Assembly: GCA_963816425.1 (NCBI GenBank)
Contig: CAWFKP010000006.1
Span: forward strand, 190,490-254,489
Direction of reading: 5' to 3'
Origin: an uncultured Actinomycetes bacterium
GTDB lineage: Bacteria > Actinomycetota > UBA4738 > HRBIN12
Length of the DNA: 64,000 bases
Shown: piece by piece, positions 38,841 through 48,520 of the stretch
Layout of the letters: the number at the start of each line of letters is the position of its first letter
How positions within the stretch are numbered: position 1 is the first letter of the stretch
Translations under genes and position numbers: made by a program
Notes under the pieces: model-generated
What the model was told of the DNA's origin: nothing
The model's database searches: none
What the model saw: the letters and a program-made list of their open reading frames with translations, nothing else

Positions 38841-39992
38841 TCAGCCGAGCGAGGCTTTCACTTCGTTCCATGCGCGGTTGTAGGCGTTGCGCTGCGACTG
38901 GAAGCGGTCGAGGTAGCTCAGCGGCTCCGACAGGTTCTTCTCCGGGTCGTCGAGTCCGAAGACCTTCACCACGTCCGGATCGATCTGCGCAAGGTTGACG
39001 TCGAGGTTCGAGTGGCCGTAGCCCCAGGTGCTGATCAACTTCTCGCCCACGGTTGCCGAGGCCCAGGCGTCCGCGAACGCATGGGCGTGGTGGTAGTTCT
39101 GCGTGCCTGCGCGGAGCACGAGCCCCTCCACCCATGCGAGGGTGCCGGTGCTCGGACGGACGTACTTGACGTCCACCTTGTCCTTGAGCGCCACGTAGGC
39201 GTCGGGCCATGCGTAGGTCGTCCACACGTTGCCCGACTGCACGTCGTCCCACATGTCCTGGTAGTTGACCCAGATGTTGTAGAGGTTCCGATTGCCGACG
39301 TCGATCGTGTAGTTCTTGATGTCCTCGAGCTCGGTCGGCGTCATGTCGAACGAATGGTTCGGTTCCATGCCCTGGGCGATCGCGGCCATCTGCAGGATCC
39401 ACGGTGTGTCGAACCATGAGATCTTGCCCTGGGCCTGATCCGTGAACAGGTAGTCGTAGGAATCGAGGTTCGGGTCGATCATGTCGGCTCGGATCAGCGG
39501 TGCGGAGTAGCCCCAGTCGAGCTCGATCTCGTACTGCTTGCCGTCGACCTGACCGGCTGCCTCGAGCACCGGGTTCAGCGCCGCGAAGTTCGGGATCTGC
39601 GAGGTGTCCCACGGCTGGATCGCGCCCATCGTGACGTAGTCCTGGACGTAGCCGTTCTCCGGGTGGGAGACGTCCCACTCGTAGCCGGCCGCGGTCTTGG
39701 CCATCGCGCCCTCGGTGTTGACGAAGAAGCTGAACTTCGGATCGGGATAGCCGGCCTTGAGGTAGTCGGAGAACAGCCACTTCGTGTCGTAGCCCGCCCA
39801 CTCGTAGGCCTTGAGCGTGCCGGGCTCCTGCTCGATGGGCACGAGCGATGCCGAGGACGTCGCGCCGGCTCCGCTCGCGTCGACGCTCTTGCGGCACGCG
39901 GCCAACACGCCGCTCGCCCCCAGAACCCCGACGCCCTTCAGGAACGTGCGGCGTGACGCTGCGTTGTCGAACACTGCATCGAACTGTCCCAT
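38841..39992 (-). CDS. Extracellular solute-binding lipoprotein (PotD/PotF-like)
   Basis: ATG at 39992 within ORF 38841..40133: MGQFDAVFDNAASRRTFLKGVGVLGASGVLAAC (Tat motif plus lipobox). Confidence 0.8.
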   Translation of the reverse strand: MGQFDAVFDNAASRRTFLKGVGVLGASGVLAACRKSVDASGAGATSSASLVPIEQEPGTLKAYEWAGYDTKWLFSDYLKAGYPDPKFSFFVNTEGAMAKTAAGYEWDVSHPENGYVQDYVTMGAIQPWDTSQIPNFAALNPVLEAAGQVDGKQYEIELDWGYSAPLIRADMIDPNLDSYDYLFTDQAQGKISWFDTPWILQMAAIAQGMEPNHSFDMTPTELEDIKNYTIDVGNRNLYNIWVNYQDMWDDVQSGNVWTTYAWPDAYVALKDKVDVKYVRPSTGTLAWVEGLVLRAGTQNYHHAHAFADAWASATVGEKLISTWGYGHSNLDVNLAQIDPDVVKVFGLDDPEKNLSEPLSYLDRFQSQRNAYNRAWNEVKASLG

Positions 39993-40098
39993 CCCAATGC
40001 CTCCTCGCTCCAGGCGCGACCCGCGGATGATGGGCCGCGCGCGTCCGATGCGCAAGCCCGGGTCCCGCCGATGACTACCGTACGCACTCCTATACGCA

Positions 40099-40896
40099 TC
40101 AAACGTCCCATCCGGCGTCGACCGGGATGTCATGTCCCGTGATGTTCTTCGCCCCCGCCGACACGAGGAAGTCGATCGCGGCGGCGATGTCCTCCTCTTC
40201 GACGAAACGGCCGAGGGCGGTCTGGGCGGCGAAATCGGCGTAGACCTGCTCGGGCGTCGTGCCCAGGCGCTCGGCCTTCGTCGCGACGATCTTGTCCATG
40301 CGTCCCCCGTGGGTCACGTTGGGGCACACGGTGTTCACGGTGATGTCGTGGGGCCCGAGCTCCAGCGCGAGGGTGCGGGTGAAGCCCCGAACCGCCCATT
40401 TCGACGAGGAGTACCCGCTGCGGTTGCGGTAGCCGCGGAGCCCGGAGGTGCCCGCAAGGTTGACGATCCGCCCGCCGCCCCGAGCGATCATGTGCGGCGC
40501 CACGTGTTTGCATGGCAGAAACGTCCCGACCACGTTCAGATCCAAGATCGCCCGGAAGTCCTCGACCGGGTACTCGGTGGCGGGCGTCTCGATCGGGCCC
40601 GTCCCGCCGGCTGTGTTGACCAGGATGTCGATGCCACCGAAGCGGGTTGCGACCGCGCCGACCATCGCGGCCACCTCGCGCTCGTCGGTCACATTGCACG
40701 TGACGGCGAGGCTGTCGCGCTCGGGGTACTTCTCGTCGAGCAACCCGGCGTACTCCTCGAGGGCGGCGGTGTCGCGGCCGATCAGCGCGACGTCTGCACC
40801 GTCGCGCGCGAGGTGATCGCTCACCACACCGCCGATCCCCTTCGCGGCGCCGGTCACGATCGCGACCTTCCCCCCGAGCGGGCGTTGTTCGCTCAT
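40099..40896 (-). CDS. Short-chain dehydrogenase/reductase (SDR) family oxidoreductase
   Basis: 265 aa. VTGAAKGIGG (TGxxxGxG), NTAG and YSSSK (YxxxK) are present. Confidence 0.85.
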   Translation of the reverse strand: MSEQRPLGGKVAIVTGAAKGIGGVVSDHLARDGADVALIGRDTAALEEYAGLLDEKYPERDSLAVTCNVTDEREVAAMVGAVATRFGGIDILVNTAGGTGPIETPATEYPVEDFRAILDLNVVGTFLPCKHVAPHMIARGGGRIVNLAGTSGLRGYRNRSGYSSSKWAVRGFTRTLALELGPHDITVNTVCPNVTHGGRMDKIVATKAERLGTTPEQVYADFAAQTALGRFVEEEDIAAAIDFLVSAGAKNITGHDIPVDAGWDV

Positions 40897-41771
40897 GCGG
40901 TTGCCCTTCCCTTCCGTTTCGTGGCGGAACGCTTGGCGGCCGGGGTGATCGCGCTGCGCGTGGCCGAGACCGGGGGCACGTGCAGCCCGAGTGCCTTCGC
41001 GAGCACCGTCGCCGCGTCGTGGACGTGCGCGACGTCGTCACGGACCCGCTCCGGCGTCAGACGGGGACTTGGCCCCGCGATGCCGATCGCGCAGACCGCC
41101 TCGTCGCGGGCGTTCACCACCGGGACGGCCACGCCCCAGACCCCCAGGTTGGTCTCTTCGTAGGAGCTCGCCCACCCGCGTGTACGGATCTTCGCCAGCT
41201 CGTCGCGCAGCAGCCCCGGGTCGGTCAGTGTCGCGTGGCATAGATGCTCGAGCGGGCCCGTGACGATCCGCTCGGCCTCGTCGGCGCGCATGAAGGCGAG
41301 CAGCGCCTTCTGCGAGGCGCCGGCATGCAGCGGGAGCTGTCGCCCAGGCTGGACCGAGAGCCGCAGCGGCTGCGGGGTCTCGACGCGCTCCAGACAGACC
41401 GCGTGATCGCGCCCGGGCGACAACACCGTGAGCAGCGCGGTCTCGCCCGTCTCGTGCGAGAGGCGTCGCAGCGCCGGCAGCGCTACCGAGCGCAGGTCGA
41501 CGACGGCGCGCGCCCGATCGCCGAGCTGCAACGCGGCGATCCCCAACCGGAACCGCTTGGTTTCCTCGTGCTGGCTGACGTAGCCGTGGCGGCGCAACGC
41601 GGCCAGGATCCGGTGCACGGTCGGGATTGGCAGACCGAGACGTCGTGCGACCTCGGTGGTGCTCCACTCGGGGTGCTCCTCGTCGAAGAGGTCAAGGATC
41701 GAGAACGTGCGCTCGAGCACCTGGAAGGAGGGCTTGGGCTCTGCGGGGAGGTCGTTCGGTGCGGTCGCCAT
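40893..41771 (-). CDS. IclR-family transcriptional regulator
   Basis: 292 aa. wHTH (VLERTFSILDLFDEEHPEWSTTEVARRLGLPIPTVHRIL), an IclR effector domain and a Lys/Arg-rich tail. Confidence 0.85.
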   Translation of the reverse strand: MATAPNDLPAEPKPSFQVLERTFSILDLFDEEHPEWSTTEVARRLGLPIPTVHRILAALRRHGYVSQHEETKRFRLGIAALQLGDRARAVVDLRSVALPALRRLSHETGETALLTVLSPGRDHAVCLERVETPQPLRLSVQPGRQLPLHAGASQKALLAFMRADEAERIVTGPLEHLCHATLTDPGLLRDELAKIRTRGWASSYEETNLGVWGVAVPVVNARDEAVCAIGIAGPSPRLTPERVRDDVAHVHDAATVLAKALGLHVPPVSATRSAITPAAKRSATKRKGRATA

Positions 41772-41790
41772 GATCGACAGGTGGCGCGCG

Positions 41791-43218
41791 TCAGCGGCGC
41801 ACGACCACCATCCGCTCCTCGGTCATCTCGCGCACGGCGTCGTGTGGACCCTCCTTCGTGTTGCCCGAGGCCTTCGTGCCGCCGTACGGCATCTGGTCCA
41901 CGCGGAACTGCGGCGCCTGGTTCACCGTGACCCCGCCGAAGCGGAGCCGATGGACCGCATCGAGCGCGGTGGCCAGATCGCGCGTGAAGATGCCGGCCTG
42001 CAGGCCGTACTCCGTGCCGTTGGCCAGGTCGATCGCCGCGTCGAGCGTCTCGAACGTCGCGATCGAGATCACGGGGCCGAACACCTCTTTGTTCCAGACG
42101 GGTTGTGCGGTGTCGACGTCGTCGAGCACCGTCGGGCGGCGGTGCCCCTCGCCGAACGTCCCACCGGTGAGCTCGCGCGCCCCGGCGCCGATCGCGTCGG
42201 CCACCATGGCGTCGACCCGGTCGCGCGCCTCCCGCGTGATCGTGGGGCCGACATCGGTGTCGGAGTCGGCGGGGTCGCCCGCCCGCTGCGCCGTCGCCGC
42301 GGTGACGAGCTTCTCGGCGAACGCCTCGCGCACGCTTTCGTGCACGATCGCCCGCTGGACGCTGATGCACGACTGTCCCGCGAACGCATAGCCACTCGTC
42401 GCGCTCATCGTCGCGGCGGCGTCCAGATCGCCATCGGCGCAGACGATGACCGGGGTGGCGTTCCCGAGCTCGAGCGTGACCCGCTTGCGCGCAGCCTTCG
42501 CTTTGAGGTCCCAACCGATCGCGGCCGAGCCGGTGAACGTCAGGAGCCCGACGCGCTCGTCCGCGATCAGTGCGTCGGCGATCGGGACCGGCTCGCCCAC
42601 GAGCACCGACATCCATGCGGGCGGCAGCCCGGCGCGATGGAACGCGCGCACCAGCTCGATCGCGGTGAGCGGCGCCTTGTCGGCGGGCTTGAGGACGACG
42701 CCGCACCCGGCGGCCACCGCGGGACCGATCTTGTGCGCAGCCAGCGTGAGCGGGAAGTTGAACGGCGTGATCGCGGCGACGACCCCGACGGGCACGCGGA
42801 TCGTGAACCCGAGGTGCCCGGCGCCGGCGGGGTGAGCGTCCAGCGGCACGCCGCGGCCGGCCAGCGACCGCGCTTCCACCGCGGAAAAGATCAGCGTCTG
42901 CACGCAGCGGTCCGCCTCGGCGAGCGCCTGCTTCATCGGTTTGCCGTTCTCCGCTGAGATCAACGCGGCGAACTCCTCGCGGCGCGCGTGCACCTCGGCG
43001 GCCACGCCGTCCAGGATCACGGCGCGCTCCGAGGCGGTGAGCCCGGCCTGCATCGCGTCCCATGCGCCGTCGACGGCGGCGCGCGCGGCTTCGGCGTCGA
43101 GCCAGGGGACGACGCCGACGGTCCGGCCGTCCCAGGGCGAGGTCACCTCGACGCTCGGGCCCGTTGCGACGTCTTCGCCGGCGACCACGAGGGACGTGAC
43201 GGACGGTGCCTGCTGCAT
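41791..43218 (-). CDS. NAD(P)-dependent aldehyde dehydrogenase family protein
   Basis: ORF 41791..43272. I prefer the ATG at 43218. ITPFNFP, VTLELGNATP, FAGQSCISVQR (catalytic Cys) and EVFGPV are present. Confidence 0.85.
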   Translation of the reverse strand: MQQAPSVTSLVVAGEDVATGPSVEVTSPWDGRTVGVVPWLDAEAARAAVDGAWDAMQAGLTASERAVILDGVAAEVHARREEFAALISAENGKPMKQALAEADRCVQTLIFSAVEARSLAGRGVPLDAHPAGAGHLGFTIRVPVGVVAAITPFNFPLTLAAHKIGPAVAAGCGVVLKPADKAPLTAIELVRAFHRAGLPPAWMSVLVGEPVPIADALIADERVGLLTFTGSAAIGWDLKAKAARKRVTLELGNATPVIVCADGDLDAAATMSATSGYAFAGQSCISVQRAIVHESVREAFAEKLVTAATAQRAGDPADSDTDVGPTITREARDRVDAMVADAIGAGARELTGGTFGEGHRRPTVLDDVDTAQPVWNKEVFGPVISIATFETLDAAIDLANGTEYGLQAGIFTRDLATALDAVHRLRFGGVTVNQAPQFRVDQMPYGGTKASGNTKEGPHDAVREMTEERMVVVRR

Positions 43219-43241
43219 CCCTTGGACCCCCTGTCGGGTTG

Positions 43242-43318
43242 CCGGTCGACCGGCGGATGGTAGCATCCGCATCCCAGCTGTCGAGAGGGCATTTCACCCA
43301 GTGAAATGGCCTGGGAAG
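43242..43318. promoter_or_regulatory. Divergent promoter region with two perfect palindromes (candidate operator sites)
   Basis: ccggtcgaccgg (43242-43253, 12-bp palindrome) and the AT-rich catttcac-cca-gtgaaatg (43300-43318, 8-bp arms). They lie between the minus-strand ALDH-IclR-SDR-Pot operon and the plus-strand hydrolase-aminotransferase-ald operon. Confidence 0.4.
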
Positions 43319-43333
43319 GAGCAGGAGGTGCCG

Positions 43334-44287
43334 ATGGACCGTCCCGACCTCGAGCTCCTGCGCGGTGCGATCGACATGCACGCGCACACGGCGCCCGCGC
43401 TGTTCAACCGGCACATCGACGACGCGGCGCTGGCCGAGTACGCGATCCGCTACGGGATGCGCGGCTTCGTGCTCAAGGATCACGACGCCTCCACCACCGG
43501 CCGCGCCTACTACGTCAACCGGACGTACCCCGAGGTCGAGTCGTTCGGCGCCGTCGTGCTCAACCGATCCGTCGGCGGACTGGACCCCTACGTCGCCGAG
43601 GCGGCGCTGCACTACGGCGCCAAGATCGTGTGGATGCCCTCGAACCACTCGAAATACCACGCGGACTTCTACGACATCCCCGACTACCCGCAGTTCGGCC
43701 GCCCGAAGAAGCAGCTGCCCGGCGAGGGCATCACCGTGTTCGAGGAGGACGGCGTCACGCTGACGAAGGCGGCGCGCACGATCTGCGAGGTGGTCGCGGC
43801 CAACGACGCGTCGCTCGCCACCGGCCATCTGTCCTTGCCCGAGATCCGCACGCTGCAGGATGCAGCGATCGAGGCTGGTGTCAAGAACTTCATCGTGACC
43901 CACGCGAACTGGTCGTTGTGCAAGCTCGACGTGTCCGTACAGAAGGAGCTGATCGCCAAGGGCGCGACGATCGAGTACGTCGCGTGCTCATGCGTGTCGC
44001 CGATCTTCTGGGAGCAGCAGCCCGGCGAGCTGGCGGAGTGGATCATGGAGCTCAAGGGGGACAGCCTCGTGTTCGGTTCCGACCTGGGGCAGTTCGCGGG
44101 GCCGCCGCACCCCGAAGGTCTGCGCATGCTGCTGGCCGCGCTGCTCGGCGTCGGCGTTCCCTTCGAGTACCTGGAGAAGATGACGAAGGCCAACCCGGTC
44201 GCGGTGCTCGGCCTCGAGCCTGGGTGGACCCCCGCCGTGCCGGCGGATCTGCCCGATGCGCCCGCGCGCCGAGAGGAGAAGGAGTGA
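43334..44287 (+). CDS. Amidohydrolase-fold metal-dependent hydrolase-like protein of unknown function
   Basis: ATG at 43334 (aggagg 5 nt upstream) within ORF 42941..44287. AIDMHAHTAP... and VTHANW... suggest a His-rich TIM-barrel hydrolase. The exact family was not determined. Confidence 0.6.
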   Translation: MDRPDLELLRGAIDMHAHTAPALFNRHIDDAALAEYAIRYGMRGFVLKDHDASTTGRAYYVNRTYPEVESFGAVVLNRSVGGLDPYVAEAALHYGAKIVWMPSNHSKYHADFYDIPDYPQFGRPKKQLPGEGITVFEEDGVTLTKAARTICEVVAANDASLATGHLSLPEIRTLQDAAIEAGVKNFIVTHANWSLCKLDVSVQKELIAKGATIEYVACSCVSPIFWEQQPGELAEWIMELKGDSLVFGSDLGQFAGPPHPEGLRMLLAALLGVGVPFEYLEKMTKANPVAVLGLEPGWTPAVPADLPDAPARREEKE

Positions 44288-45534
44288 CGAGCTACTGGCA
44301 TCCCTTCGCCGACGGCGCGGCGGTGGCGGCCGCCGGCGAGCTGTCGATCGTCCGCGCGGAGGGTTCCCACATCTGGGACGCGGACGGGCGGCGCTACCTG
44401 GATGCGACCGCCAGCCTCTGGTACTGCAACGTCGGGCACGGCCGCGCGGAGATCGGCGACGCGGTGGCGGAACAGATGCGCGCGCTCGAGTCGTACTCGA
44501 CCTTCCAGGATCTGACGAACCCCGCGGTGTCTGCGCTCGCCGACCGCGTCGCGTCGATCGCCCCGATGGCGGATGCGAAAGTCTTCCTGACGAGCGGCGG
44601 GTCGGATTCGATCGACACCGCGACGAAGATGGTGCGCCGCTACTGGCAGCTCGTGGGGCAACCCGATCGGACGATCCTGTTGCGCCGCGAGCGCGCATAC
44701 CACGGGATGCATGTCGGCGGGACGTCGCTGGCGGGGATCGCCCCGAACGCCGCCGGCTACGGACCGTTGCTGCCCGACGTCGAGGAGGTGTCCTGGGACG
44801 ACGCCGACGCGTTGCGCGCCTCGATCGAGCGACTCGGGGCCGACCGGGTGGCCGCCTTCTTCTGCGAGCCGGTGATCGGCGCGGGGGGCGTCTTCGCGCC
44901 ACCCCCGGGCTACCTCGAGCAGGCTCGAGCAGTCTGCCGCGAGACCGGGGTGCTGTTCCTGGCCGACGAGGTCATCACCGGGTTCGGCCGGACCGGAGAC
45001 TGGTTCGCCAGCACGCGGTGGGGGCTCGACCCGGACCTCGTGACCTGTGCGAAGGGCATCACGAGCGGTTACCTGCCGCTGGGCGCAGTGCTTGTGGCGC
45101 CGAACGTCTGGGGACCGTTCTTCGCAGAGGGTGCCGGCATGTTCCGGCACGGCTACACGTATTCGGGGCACGCGGCGGTCGCCGCGGCGGGCCTTGCCAA
45201 CCTCGACATCATGGTGCGTGACGACATCCTGGCGCGGGCGGTTGAGCTGGAAGCACATCTCGCGGAGGGGCTCCGACCGCTCGCGGACCACGACCTGGTC
45301 AGCGAGGTTCGTGCCGGCACGGGCGTCCTCGCGGCCGTCCAGCTGGACCCCGACCGGCTGGCGGCAGACACGGGCCTGCTCGGCCGCGTCGTGCCGGCCT
45401 GTCGCGCCAACGGCATCATGACCAGGACGCTTGCGACCGGCGCGATCCAGATCTCGCCGCCGCTGACCCTCGCCGACGACGAAGTGGACGAGCTGGCCGC
45501 GGGCATCGGCGCCGCGCTGGACGAGATGGGGTAG
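44284..45534 (+). CDS. Class-III (omega) aminotransferase, PLP-dependent
   Basis: GTG at 44284 (GTGA overlap) within ORF 43306..45534. LTSGGSDSIDTA, FLADEVITGFGRTG and VTCAKGITSGYLPLG (PLP Lys) are present. Confidence 0.85.
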   Translation: MTSYWHPFADGAAVAAAGELSIVRAEGSHIWDADGRRYLDATASLWYCNVGHGRAEIGDAVAEQMRALESYSTFQDLTNPAVSALADRVASIAPMADAKVFLTSGGSDSIDTATKMVRRYWQLVGQPDRTILLRRERAYHGMHVGGTSLAGIAPNAAGYGPLLPDVEEVSWDDADALRASIERLGADRVAAFFCEPVIGAGGVFAPPPGYLEQARAVCRETGVLFLADEVITGFGRTGDWFASTRWGLDPDLVTCAKGITSGYLPLGAVLVAPNVWGPFFAEGAGMFRHGYTYSGHAAVAAAGLANLDIMVRDDILARAVELEAHLAEGLRPLADHDLVSEVRAGTGVLAAVQLDPDRLAADTGLLGRVVPACRANGIMTRTLATGAIQISPPLTLADDEVDELAAGIGAALDEMG

Positions 45535-45541
45535 GTAGGCC

Positions 45542-46657
45542 ATGCGGATCGGGATCCCGACCGAGGTGAAGAACCACGAGTACCGGGTGGCCGCCACGCC
45601 GGAGGGCGTGCGCGAGCTGACCCACGCCGGGCACACCGTGATCGTGCAGGCCGGGGCGGGGCTGGGCTCGGCGATCCCGGACGAGCGATACGTCGCAGCC
45701 GGCGCGTCGATCGGCCCCGACGCCGACGCCGTGTTCGCCGACGCGGACCTGATCGTGAAGGTCAAGGAGCCGCAGTCCGAGGAGTACGAGCGGTTCCGGT
45801 CCGATCATCTGCTGTTCACATATCTGCACCTAGCCGCCGACGAGCGGTTGACGCGATTCCTGGCGGAGCGGCGCGTGCGGGCCGTCGCCTATGAGACGGT
45901 GCAGCTGCCGGACGGCCGTCTTCCCTTGCTCGCGCCGATGTCGGAGATCGCCGGTCGGATGGCGCCGCAGGAGGGCGCGAAGTACCTCGAGCGGCCACAG
46001 GGCGGGCGCGGCGTACTGATGGGCGGCGCCAGCGGGGTCGCGCCCGCGATCGTGGTCGTGCTCGGTGGCGGCATGGCGGGATGGAACGCAGCCGAGATCG
46101 CCGCCGGCATGCAGGCCGAGGTGATCGTCGTCGACAAGAACGTCGATCGGCTGCGCGAGATCGACCGGATCTGGCGCGGCCGGATCCAGACCGTGATGTC
46201 GTCCCGCCTGGCGGTCGAGGAGCTCGTGTTGCGCGCCGATCTCGTGGTCGGCGCGGTGCTCGTCCCCGGCGCGAAGGCGCCCCATCTCGTGTCCGCGGAG
46301 CAGGTGGCCGCGATGCGACCGGGCGCGGTCCTGGTGGACATCTCGATCGACCAGGGCGGGTGCTTCGAGACGTCGCACGTGACGACGCACGACGATCCGA
46401 CGTACGTGATCGACGACGTGGTGCATTACTGCGTCGGCAACATGCCCGGCGCCGTGCCGCGCACCTCGACGTACGCGCTCACGAACGTCACGCTGCCCTA
46501 CGTACTGGCGATCGCGGGCGCAGGCGTCGAGCAGGCTGTGCGCGACGACCCGGCGCTGGCGCTCGGCGTCAACACATGGGACGGCGCCGTCACGAACGGG
46601 GGGGTTGCCGCGGCCACCGGCGTGACGGCGACACCGCTCGCATCGATCGTGGGCTAA
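45542..46657 (+). CDS. ald: Alanine dehydrogenase
   Basis: 371 aa. [35 protein letters not shown] and [13 protein letters not shown] are classic Ald motifs. Confidence 0.9.
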   Translation: MRIGIPTEVKNHEYRVAATPEGVRELTHAGHTVIVQAGAGLGSAIPDERYVAAGASIGPDADAVFADADLIVKVKEPQSEEYERFRSDHLLFTYLHLAADERLTRFLAERRVRAVAYETVQLPDGRLPLLAPMSEIAGRMAPQEGAKYLERPQGGRGVLMGGASGVAPAIVVVLGGGMAGWNAAEIAAGMQAEVIVVDKNVDRLREIDRIWRGRIQTVMSSRLAVEELVLRADLVVGAVLVPGAKAPHLVSAEQVAAMRPGAVLVDISIDQGGCFETSHVTTHDDPTYVIDDVVHYCVGNMPGAVPRTSTYALTNVTLPYVLAIAGAGVEQAVRDDPALALGVNTWDGAVTNGGVAAATGVTATPLASIVG

Positions 46658-46668
46658 AGGGGGTCTCT

Positions 46669-47124
46669 GTGCAGCGAGCGGTTCCGATGGTGTCCTACGA
46701 GGACTGCGCGTCGGCGGCCGACTGGCTCTGCGCGGCGTTCGGATTCAGCGAGGTCGGGGAGCGGGTCGTCGACGGCGAGGGCCGTGCGACCCACGTCGAG
46801 CTCGATCGCGAGGGGGCCAGGGTGATGCTCGGGTGGCCGGGACCGGCCTACCGCAGCCCTCGTCGTCACGCTGCTTCCTGCGCGGACGCGTCGGCGTGGT
46901 TGGAACCACCGTTCGTGGTGGACGGGGTGCTTGTGTACGTCGAGGATGCCGACGCGCATCTGGCGACGGCGCGCGAGGCCGGCGCCGAGATCGTCCGCGA
47001 CCTCGAGGACGCCCCGCCCGGCCGGCTCTATGTGGCCGCGGACCCCGAAGGACACCGCTGGATGTTCGTCCAGCCGCCGACGCCCTTTGCTCGACTCCAG
47101 TTCCGCTGGATGAAACGCGGTTGA
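46669..47124 (+). CDS. VOC (glyoxalase/bleomycin-resistance) family protein
   Basis: In frame with ORF 46081..47124. GTG at 46669 (aaggggg upstream) or ATG at 46687. ...[15 protein letters not shown]...YVEDADAH...DPEGHRWMF. Confidence 0.65.
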   Translation: MQRAVPMVSYEDCASAADWLCAAFGFSEVGERVVDGEGRATHVELDREGARVMLGWPGPAYRSPRRHAASCADASAWLEPPFVVDGVLVYVEDADAHLATAREAGAEIVRDLEDAPPGRLYVAADPEGHRWMFVQPPTPFARLQFRWMKRG

Positions 47125-47174
47125 GCCTGATGAGAAGGCGTCCCTATCATCCGCTGACGCAGTAGGGAGGCAGC

Positions 47175-48035
47175 GTGTTCGTGAAACCGTTCCGCTACGA
47201 GCGAGCACAGACGCTGGCAGACGCCGCCGCGATGCTGCGCGAGGCGGACGGGAGCGCCAAGGTCCTCGCCGGCGGGCAGAGCCTGCTGCCGATGATGAAC
47301 CTCGGCGTGCTCGACCTGGAGGCGCTGATCGACGTGAGTCACGTCGAGGGCGCGCGCGGTGTCACGTGCGAGGACGGCTACGTGTCGATCGGCGCCCTGA
47401 CGACGCACGGCGAGCTCGAACGCGATCCCGCGATCGCGTCCGGGCAGCCGCTCGTGGCGGCGGCCGCCGGTTGGATCGGGTCGTCGCGGATCCGCGCGCG
47501 CGGCACACTGGGCGGCTCGCTCGCGCACTCGGACCCCGCCGCCGAGCTGCCGCTGGCGATGGTGGTGACCGGCGCGACCTACGACCTCACCAACGGCGCG
47601 GCGAGCCGGACCGTCGCGGCGACCGACTTCCACGAGAGTTACTTCACGACGACCCTGGCCACAGACGAGCTGCTCGAACGGATCCGCGTGCCGGTGCTCG
47701 GCCCAGGGTGGGGATGGGGCTTCGCGGAGGTGTCGCGTCGCCGCGGCGACTTCGCGCTCTGCGCCGCCGCCGCCCTCGTGCGCGTCGCGGACGGGCGGAT
47801 CGTCGAGTCCCGCCTCGGCCTCGCCGGCGTGGGCGAGCGGCCGATGCGACTGGGCGCCGTCGAGATCGCCGTGGAGGGGGCGGACGCCGCCGAACTCGCG
47901 GACCGGATCGGGCCGATCGAGGGCCTCGAGCCCGTCAGCGACGTGAGCGCGACGGGGGAGCATCGGCGGCACCTCGCGCGGGTTCTCGCGGTCCGGGCGC
48001 TCACCGATGCGGTCTCGCGAGGGGCGGCCGCATGA
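47175..48035 (+). CDS. Molybdenum hydroxylase FAD-binding (medium, CoxM/CutM-like) subunit
   Basis: 286 aa. FRYERAQTLADA...LAGGQSLLPMMNL and IRARGTLGGSLAH match the FAD_binding_5 pattern. Confidence 0.85.
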   Translation: MFVKPFRYERAQTLADAAAMLREADGSAKVLAGGQSLLPMMNLGVLDLEALIDVSHVEGARGVTCEDGYVSIGALTTHGELERDPAIASGQPLVAAAAGWIGSSRIRARGTLGGSLAHSDPAAELPLAMVVTGATYDLTNGAASRTVAATDFHESYFTTTLATDELLERIRVPVLGPGWGWGFAEVSRRRGDFALCAAAALVRVADGRIVESRLGLAGVGERPMRLGAVEIAVEGADAAELADRIGPIEGLEPVSDVSATGEHRRHLARVLAVRALTDAVSRGAAA

Positions 48036-48520
48036 GCGCGACCGATGTGACGGTCACCCTCACGGTGAACGGCGCGCCGACGACCCGCACGACCGGCGGG
48101 CACGTCTCCTTGTTGCGTTGGCTGCGCGACGTCGCCGATATCACCGATCCGAAGTACGGCTGCGGCGAAGGGGTCTGCGGCGCCTGCACGGTGCTCGTCG
48201 ACGGCGAGCCCGCGAGCGCATGCATCGTGCTCGCCGCGCAGGTCGACGGCGCGGCGATCACGACGGCCGCCGGCCTCTGCGAATCGGATGGCTCGCTCGG
48301 GCCGCTGCAGCGGCGGTTCCACGAACACCACGCGGCGCAGTGCGGCTTCTGCACCCCGGGCATGCTGTTGTGCGCCCACGCGATGCTCCGCGACGCCGCC
48401 GGACCGATGACGCGCGACGACATCCGGGAGGAGCTGCACGGCAACCTCTGTCGCTGTACCGGCTACACCGACATCGTGGACGCGATCGAGGATGCGCAGA
48501 GCCGGGGGATCACGCGATGA
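48032..48520 (+). CDS. Molybdenum hydroxylase [2Fe-2S] (small, CoxS/CutS-like) subunit
   Basis: 162 aa from the ATG at 48032. CGEGVCGACTV and CGFCTPGM...CRCTGY are the two 2Fe-2S cluster motifs. Confidence 0.9.
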   Translation: MSATDVTVTLTVNGAPTTRTTGGHVSLLRWLRDVADITDPKYGCGEGVCGACTVLVDGEPASACIVLAAQVDGAAITTAAGLCESDGSLGPLQRRFHEHHAAQCGFCTPGMLLCAHAMLRDAAGPMTRDDIREELHGNLCRCTGYTDIVDAIEDAQSRGITR

